Shown: positions 60,844 through 64,000 of the stretch, one piece after another | How the letters are laid out: each line of letters starts with the position of its first letter | Numbering within the stretch: position 1 is the first letter of the stretch | Assembly (NCBI GenBank): GCA_963703315.1 | Contig: OY969811.1 | Location: forward strand, 384,001 to 448,000 | Reading direction: 5' to 3' | Length of the DNA: 64,000 nucleotides | DNA from: an uncultured cyanobacterium | GTDB lineage: Bacteria > Cyanobacteriota > Cyanobacteriia > Pseudanabaenales > Pseudanabaenaceae | Translations under genes and position numbers: made by a program | The notes under the pieces: model-generated | The model's database searches: none | Told to the model about the DNA's origin: nothing | Seen by the model: only the letters and a program-made list of their open reading frames with translations

Positions 60844-61176
60844 CTAATCGGGAACTAAAGTAATTAAGCGAGCAAAATCTGTACCTTTATCTATTTGCCA
60901 TACCGTCTTAACAAATAACTGTCTATTTATCGGAGTCAGTAAATTTGCACTAATTTCATATCTCACACCATACGCAGTTTCTTTAACTACATTAGCATCT
61001 ACCCCAAGATGAAATTTACGAATGTCGGCTTCTAACTGTTGCCAATTTTCTAGTGAATATCCAAACAAAATTAATAATTTAGCCTTTGTGCCACCGCGTT
61101 TATGCTCACTATTGAGTAGATATTCAGTTAACTTTGACGGCTCAATGACTGCGCGATCGCTATTCGGAATTCTCAT
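60844..61176 (-). CDS. DUF6883-like protein (putative toxin)
   Basis: A.I...KL..YLLN.EH..G..KA......GY...NW..L...YG.RY...TVW.......RLIT. Confidence 0.72.
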   Translation of the reverse strand: MRIPNSDRAVIEPSKLTEYLLNSEHKRGGTKAKLLILFGYSLENWQQLEADIRKFHLGVDANVVKETAYGVRYEISANLLTPINRQLFVKTVWQIDKGTDFARLITLVPD

Positions 61177-61224
61177 GTATTTTAGCGCTTATCGCTTTAC
61201 TTGAGCCTATCATAATCAATGCGT

Positions 61225-61313
61225 GCGATCGCTGGTTAATTGGAGATTTAGGCGATCGGGTCTTATGGGTGGTGAGGGGCGATCACTGTTTGATATTGAG
61301 GTTTAGGCGATCA
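61225..61313. repeat. HIP1-based tandem repeat cluster 4
   Basis: Same A/B units; abuts the ppsA relic. Confidence 0.8.
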
Positions 61314-61315
61314 CA

Positions 61316-61480
61316 TTTGAGCCTACTGAAGAAGACTCCATTGATTGTCGAACTCCCGAAGTTTGAGCAAGGCACTAAGGCACTCGATCAGTCTCAATCC
61401 TGATTCTGTCTTATAGACGATGCTCGAACTCGCCAAAATGTAAATAAAAAAAGCGGCGCTTAGCGCCGCTTTTTTTATGA
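61316..61480 (+). pseudogene. Collapsed relic of the ppsA 3' end plus terminator
   Basis: Successive blocks match ppsA 56071-56099, 56227-56242, 56582-56593 and 56602-56694. Confidence 0.82.
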
Positions 61481-62113
61481 GTGCAGCATAGAGGTGACTA
61501 AAATCGCAATCTCAGTTCTATTTCGCAGATTTAACTGACTTAAGATATTCGTAATATGATTTTTGACAGTTTTTGTTGAGATGTAGAGATTGGAAGCAAT
61601 TTCTTCATTATTAGCACCAGTAGCAATTAACTTGACGATTTGTCTTTCTCTCGGTGTGAGCTTATTCCAATCCCTTGTCGATACTTCTGAAACCTCAGGA
61701 ATTCTGGCAATTACTTTCCTACCCAAATTCAAATCTAAATGCATATATCCTCGATGCACTGCCTGAATCGCAAAGGATAATTCTTCAGGGAGCGTATTTT
61801 TTAAGATATAGCCCGATGCTCCAAATTTTAAGGCTTGGGAGATATATTCTTCGGTATCATCAACTGTCAGAATTAGAACTTTAGTGTTCGGAAAGAGATC
61901 GCATATTTGTTTAGTAGCTTCGACTCCATCTAGATGCGGCATCTGCACATCCATCAGTACGACATCAGGTTTGAGGAGTTCGACTTGCGTGATCGCTACT
62001 TGCCCATTTTCCGCCTCTCCCACAATCTCTAAGGAAGTTTCATCACCGAGCGAAATCTTCAACGCCCGCCGAATAAAAGAATGATCATCTACAAGCAAAA
62101 CACGGATTTTCAT
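61475..62113 (-). CDS. NarL/LuxR-family response regulator
   Basis: VLLVDDH, VVLMDVQMP, LTPRE...G..NEEIA..LYIS.KTVKNH. Confidence 0.95.
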   Translation of the reverse strand: MKIRVLLVDDHSFIRRALKISLGDETSLEIVGEAENGQVAITQVELLKPDVVLMDVQMPHLDGVEATKQICDLFPNTKVLILTVDDTEEYISQALKFGASGYILKNTLPEELSFAIQAVHRGYMHLDLNLGRKVIARIPEVSEVSTRDWNKLTPRERQIVKLIATGANNEEIASNLYISTKTVKNHITNILSQLNLRNRTEIAILVTSMLHS

Positions 62114-62185
62114 GGGATTTGCCTAGTTATGGGAGACTGCTAAAACCTAGCTTAGCGCTTGCGATCGCTTCCAGCAAGTAACAAT

Positions 62186-62231
62186 AGTCTCAATTATTGA
62201 TAGGACTATAGTCCTATCAATAATTGAGACT
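62186..62231. promoter_or_regulatory. Perfect 46-bp palindrome in divergent intergenic region
   Basis: agtctcaattattgataggacta|tagtcctatcaataattgagact, with no spacer. Confidence 0.65.
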
Positions 62232-62306
62232 TCCTCTTCATGTGTAATTTAAGTTTCCACTTTAGGATGGAAATGTAGAAATTAGGAATTAGAGAGGTTT
62301 ATAGCA

Positions 62307-62675
62307 ATGTTCAAGGTTTTAGTTGTTGAAGACAGCAAAGTTCAAAGAGAAATGATGGCGAGTTTACTCAAAGAGAATAACTTTGAAACTACTACGGCTA
62401 GTAATGGGTTAGAAGCGATCGCTCAGGTTAAAGCAAGTCATCCAGATGTGATCATTTTGGATATCATTATGCCCAATATGCATGGTTATGAGCTTTGTCG
62501 TAAACTGCGAGACAATCCTGATACTTGGGATATCAATATCGTGATGTGTTCATCCAAATCTACAGACGCTGATCGCTATTGGGGATTTCGACAGGGTGCT
62601 AATGCATATATTAGCAAGCCTTTTGCACCTGATGATTTAGTTGATACTGTCAAAGAGCTATTGAAGAATAAATGA
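62307..62675 (+). CDS. CheY/PilH-like single-domain response regulator
   Basis: VLVVEDS, IILDIIMP.M.GYELCR, DRYWG.RQGA.AYI.KPF. Confidence 0.92.
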   Translation: MFKVLVVEDSKVQREMMASLLKENNFETTTASNGLEAIAQVKASHPDVIILDIIMPNMHGYELCRKLRDNPDTWDINIVMCSSKSTDADRYWGFRQGANAYISKPFAPDDLVDTVKELLKNK

Positions 62676-62683
62676 TATCCAAT

Positions 62684-62721
62684 AAAAAAAGCAGCACCAC
62701 TAAGTGGTGCTGCTTTTTTTA
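62684..62721 (+). terminator. Intrinsic terminator
   Basis: aaaaaagcagcaccac-taa-gtggtgctgctttttt. Confidence 0.75.
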
Positions 62722-62810
62722 TTCCAAATTTTACCTTTCCCCTTATCAGCGCGGAGTAATGAAATCCAGTTTAATGCTATTATGTATATACAAAATGTAT
62801 TTATATTTCA

Positions 62811-63095
62811 ATGCAATTTGAGTGAGACGAAAATAAAAATCAGTTAAATCAGCAGAAACACGGTATTAGTTTTGAAGAGGCAAAGGAAATTTTCTATGAC
62901 ACCGTTTTTACTTCCATCAGTGAAAAATTTGACTATGGTGAAATCAGAGAAGTTAGTATCGGTGCAATTCAGAAGGTTTTGATTGTGGCTGTAGTGCATA
63001 CAGATCGTAGTGGTAAGGTTCGGATTATTTCGGCAAGAAAAGCTACCCTTAAAGAAAGAAGAAAATATAATGAATATCTCTCAGAAGCGCCTTGA
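62811..63095 (+). pseudogene. BrnT toxin with premature stop at codon 5
   Basis: MQFE*DENKNQLNQQKHGISFEEA...RIISARKAT.KER; TGA at 62823 where the family has Trp (FEWD). Confidence 0.88.
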
Positions 63096-63324
63096 AGAAA
63101 TCCTTAATATCCCTGATGATGCGATCGATACTTCAGATATTCCCGAACTGGGCGATCGCTTTTGGGAGAATGCAAAAATGGTAACTCCGATCACGAAAAA
63201 GGCGGTTTCGATTCGTTTGGATAGTGATGTTTTGGATTGGTTTAAGGGGCAAGGGAAGGGTTATCAATCAATAATTAATAATGTCTTGCGTACTTACGTC
63301 CATCACCAACAAAACAAAACATAA
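63070..63324 (+). CDS. BrnA-family antitoxin
   Basis: ID.SDIPEL...FW.NA...K..VSIRLD.DVL.WFK.QG.GYQ..IN.VLR.YV. Confidence 0.9.
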   Translation: MNISQKRLEEILNIPDDAIDTSDIPELGDRFWENAKMVTPITKKAVSIRLDSDVLDWFKGQGKGYQSIINNVLRTYVHHQQNKT

Positions 63325-63364
63325 ATCCTAATTTTTCTTTTTACCGTAAATATTGTAAACATTC

Positions 63365-63547
63365 GTAGGGGCATAGCATTCCCGCGACAATTTCTAAATT
63401 TTCAGGTTCCCTTGATTTGGGAATGCTATGCCCAATACCTGACAACGCAGGGACAATTTATCGATGAAAGCGAAGAGGGTTCTGCATTTGCGATTGGAGG
63501 TTTATGTGGGGTGTTTGAGAATGGTGGCGCAAATGCAAAACCCCTAC
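63365..63547. repeat. GTAG-type REP/REPIN-like element
   Basis: GTAGgggcatagcattccc...gggaatgctatgccc and gggttctgcatttgcg...cgcaaatgcaaaacccCTAC. Confidence 0.72.
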
Positions 63548-63568
63548 AAATTTTTTCCTTTTACGTTT

Positions 63569-63841
63569 TTACTTTTGCCTTGTCGCGTGGAGTTCTTGGA
63601 CTAGATTTGTTGCTAATCCTTCTAAATAGAGGGTGTCGTAACTGAGGTCTATTCCATTTGACCATTCCACTGAGCCAGCAACGACTCGTACTGAGGTAAA
63701 TAGCGCTGTGTTTTTTAGTTGGGTAAATACACCTTTGTTGAGGTATGGTTTCAAATCGAAAATTTTTTGTTCGCCATTTTCAAACCAGAGCATTAAACAA
63801 TAGTTCTCAAGGGGCTTAACTTTTTTGACGTAGGGATTCAT
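63569..63841 (-). CDS. DUF2442-family protein
   Basis: V.PL.NY.L.L.F.NGE.K.FDL.PYL..GVF..LK...F..V......VEW.NG.DL. Confidence 0.82.
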   Translation of the reverse strand: MNPYVKKVKPLENYCLMLWFENGEQKIFDLKPYLNKGVFTQLKNTALFTSVRVVAGSVEWSNGIDLSYDTLYLEGLATNLVQELHATRQK

Positions 63842-63906
63842 CATAATCTAGGTTTTAATTTTAGCTCCAAAAAAACTACAATAAACTTAGTTTAAATTAT
63901 AAATTT

Positions 63907-64000
63907 ATGCAAAAGCCATTTGATCGCATTACGTTCAATCCGCAGATTATGGGCGGTAGAGCTTGTATTCGGGGAATGCGAATTACGGTTTCTTTGGTAT
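63907..64000 (+). CDS. DUF433 protein, 5' part (runs off window)
   Basis: MQKPFDRITFNPQIMGGRACIRGMRITVSLV. Confidence 0.8.
   Translation, partial: MQKPFDRITFNPQIMGGRACIRGMRITVSLV

Larger units (their letters stand above)
56695..61315. mobile_element. Accessory island between ppsA and a relic ppsA 3' end
   Basis: Flanked by direct repeats 56602-56694 and 61387-61480; contains only small TA-type, nuclease and rnc genes; no integrase. Confidence 0.75.

Noticed and set aside
58935..61313. Second CRISPR array or classical integron
   Set aside because: Units are degenerate and tandem with no unique spacers; no attC-like structure or intI is visible.
1..64000. tRNA, rRNA, riboswitch, cas genes, integrase, autonomous transposase
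   Set aside because: None recognised by eye; a covariance-model or HMM scan would be needed to exclude weak cases.

Overview
Chromosomal window from a cyanobacterium. HIP1 GCGATCGC is very dense, hemH has a CAB tail, and ccmP, psbQ, COP23 and xisHI are present; Pseudanabaena-like is my inference. It opens in the trailer end of a CRISPR array with 36-bp repeats (14 full repeats plus 1 truncated, no cas genes in view). The terminal repeat and terminator have been duplicated and interleaved with xisH/xisI, Uma2 and DUF433/DUF5615 genes. The middle ~50 kb is mostly housekeeping and signalling genes (cobA-hemD, hemH, cobK, nrdR, coaX, pgk, purK, lipA, ccmP, GGDEF/EAL, hybrid kinase, psbQ, iscS, ppsA), with many palindromic MITE/REP-like elements and an HsdR-N-ParA/ParB-like pair. 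A ~4.7 kb integrase-less island lies between ppsA and a decayed second copy of the ppsA 3' end. It carries (i) a ~64-bp dsRNA-like hairpin directly upstream of a small HNH nuclease and an accessory RNase III, the best candidate for an undescribed system, and (ii) three co-oriented toxin-antitoxin-type cassettes, each bounded by HIP1-based tandem repeats. All family calls come from motif recognition by eye; no database searches were run.
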